Positions 62,281-64,000 of a stretch of 64,000 nucleotides of DNA are shown here, one piece after another. This DNA is from Lytechinus pictus (taxonomy: Eukaryota), in the NCBI RefSeq assembly GCF_037042905.1, contig NC_087250.1:9364001-9428000 (forward strand), in the 5' to 3' direction. Each line of letters starts with the position of its first letter. Position 1 is the stretch's first letter. The notes under the pieces are model-generated. The model saw only the letters and a list, made by a program, of their open reading frames with translations. It did no database searches and was not told the DNA's origin. Made by a program: the position numbers and the translations under genes.

Positions 62281-64000
62281 GTATCTAATGTATTACTTTA
62301 TTTTAAGTATTTCTATTTATTATGCTGGTGTTATTTGTTGTTGTTTTCTGGTTTTATAGTTGTTTTATTTGTATGGTATATGCATTGTTTTACTCTTTTT
62401 ATAATGAATTGAATTGAATTGAATTTATTAGAACTTCACTGGCAATTGCCAGTATTTTGTTCATAACAAGAAGTACAAAATGATACAAGACAAATATACA
62501 ATGCAAGGAATATAAGCAAATAAACAAAAACAAAATAGTATTTCGTCAAAAAGAAAAAAAAGAAAAAAGAAACAACTTGTAAATTATATACAAATATACA
62601 CAATAAACATAGGAATCATTCGGATAGATATTTTGACAATGAATATAGAGACTGATATCCAAGAAAAGATAAAGAAAACATAAAGAAAGTGAGAGAGGAA
62701 AGGGAAATAAAGAGGGAAGCAGTTCGAAAATGGAGAGAGCGGGAAAGAGAGGAAGAATGAGAAGAATGGCATTACATGTAAATTCATTGTGTAAAAATAT
62801 TGCGAATATATCACTTCAAAGTGTTTACCGGTTGATATTTTTAGTACTTAGAAATGTATACCATTGTAATATGTTTGTATTTTAACAGGGCTCTCTCGTA
62901 AAACAGTTTTGTACTGAAGAGACCACCCAGGGTTAAAAAAAAATAAAAAAAATAAATAAATCATCATCAGTGATACACCAGACCGATAAGAAAGGCTCTC
63001 GGACATTAACAGAGTGAAATTCTTAGTTACACTTGAAATAAGTTTTGTTTAATAGAGCATGGGTCCTATTAGTAGGATCCATGGTTAGAGCAAAGTAATT
63101 CAAGGGAAAATATACGGACTTCATCTTCATGTGGGTTTTTTGTGGGTTTTTTGCTTTTTAGTGGGTCCCTCCATTTCCATCTTAATTTAATTTCTATTGA
63201 AAAATAGTATACTTATTTAAAACCTACAATGTGTTGCCCAAATTGTCTAAGTGTTTTTTTTTTTTCACAACATATGTATCATTATTTTCTTTTTTTGCAA
63301 CCTATACAAATATTTATGTTTATATATGGTGTACAATTTATGTATGTACAATTGATGGAAGTGAAATAAATAAATTTGAATTTGAATTTGAATTTGATAA
63401 TGATAAAATGATAAATGACATCCCATTGTGCTTTCTCTAACTCATCACAACAGTCATAACCTCATATACAGGCAAGGCATTTTTATAAAAAATAAACAAA
63501 AGCATGATGAAATTAAATGATAAAAAATGAGTAAGTCTTCGAAAATGGGGAAAAACTAGGATACAAGTTTCGTATTGTAGTTGGAAGTTAAGACTTATCT
63601 AGCATAGACATGATAGAGGTGTTTGGAATACATGGTTGAAAAGAATTATGACATTATGGAGTTAACTGCCGCATAAATTTATAGTCATAACCGCCCCCCC
63701 CCCCCCGAGATAAAAGGTAGAATATTAACATAACAATAATAACTGTGATAATAATATTGAAAATAATGATAATGAATAAAAAGATAAAGTAAGGAATACA
63801 ATGAAAAATAAAGAAAAAAAATAACAAAAAAAATTAACAATATATAAACGTTCATCACAACGCACATAATTCGAAAAAAATATGAAGTGAAGTTCAGGCA
63901 ATGATAAATTTAAGCATGTCTGAAAACCAAAATCAATAAACAAATAAACCTCATAAAATGTTACATCATGAAGCCTACAAGATCGTATCGGACACACTGC

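Larger units (their letters stand above)
59268..64000. repeat. Tandem segmental duplication: 59268-60646 repeated at 62284-64000 (runs off the window)
   Basis: Long near-identical direct match with a few indels. Confidence 0.93.

Overview
AT-rich, intron-containing animal DNA. It is probably an echinoderm such as a sea urchin, inferred from the Death-NACHT NLR, group-A SRCR gene and repeat landscape, and not proven. Two innate-immunity-type genes face each other tail-to-tail, and both could be spliced by hand into open frames with GT-AG introns and matching phases. (1) + strand, 9702-25325: 11 coding exons (5700 nt, 1899 aa) encoding an unusual NLR. The order is Death domain, ~610-aa disordered linker rich in Tyr and Pro docking-like motifs, second Death domain, NACHT, then an atypical LRR-like region built from an exon-bounded repeat. 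(2) - strand, 47610-28568: 8 coding exons (1512 nt, 503 aa) encoding a signal peptide, four 6-Cys SRCR domains and a short acidic tail with no transmembrane segment. The rest is dense with non-autonomous DNA transposons/MITEs (TA, 3-bp, TTAA, 4-bp, 7-bp and 8-bp target duplications, often nested), tRNA-derived SINEs, LINE fragments, microsatellites and a ~3 kb-period tandem duplication at the right end. The best leads are the NLR architecture, a related transposon just upstream of both genes in the same relative orientation, and a 36-bp TTAA-to-TTAA target duplication. All domain and superfamily names come from motif recognition by eye, with no database search.
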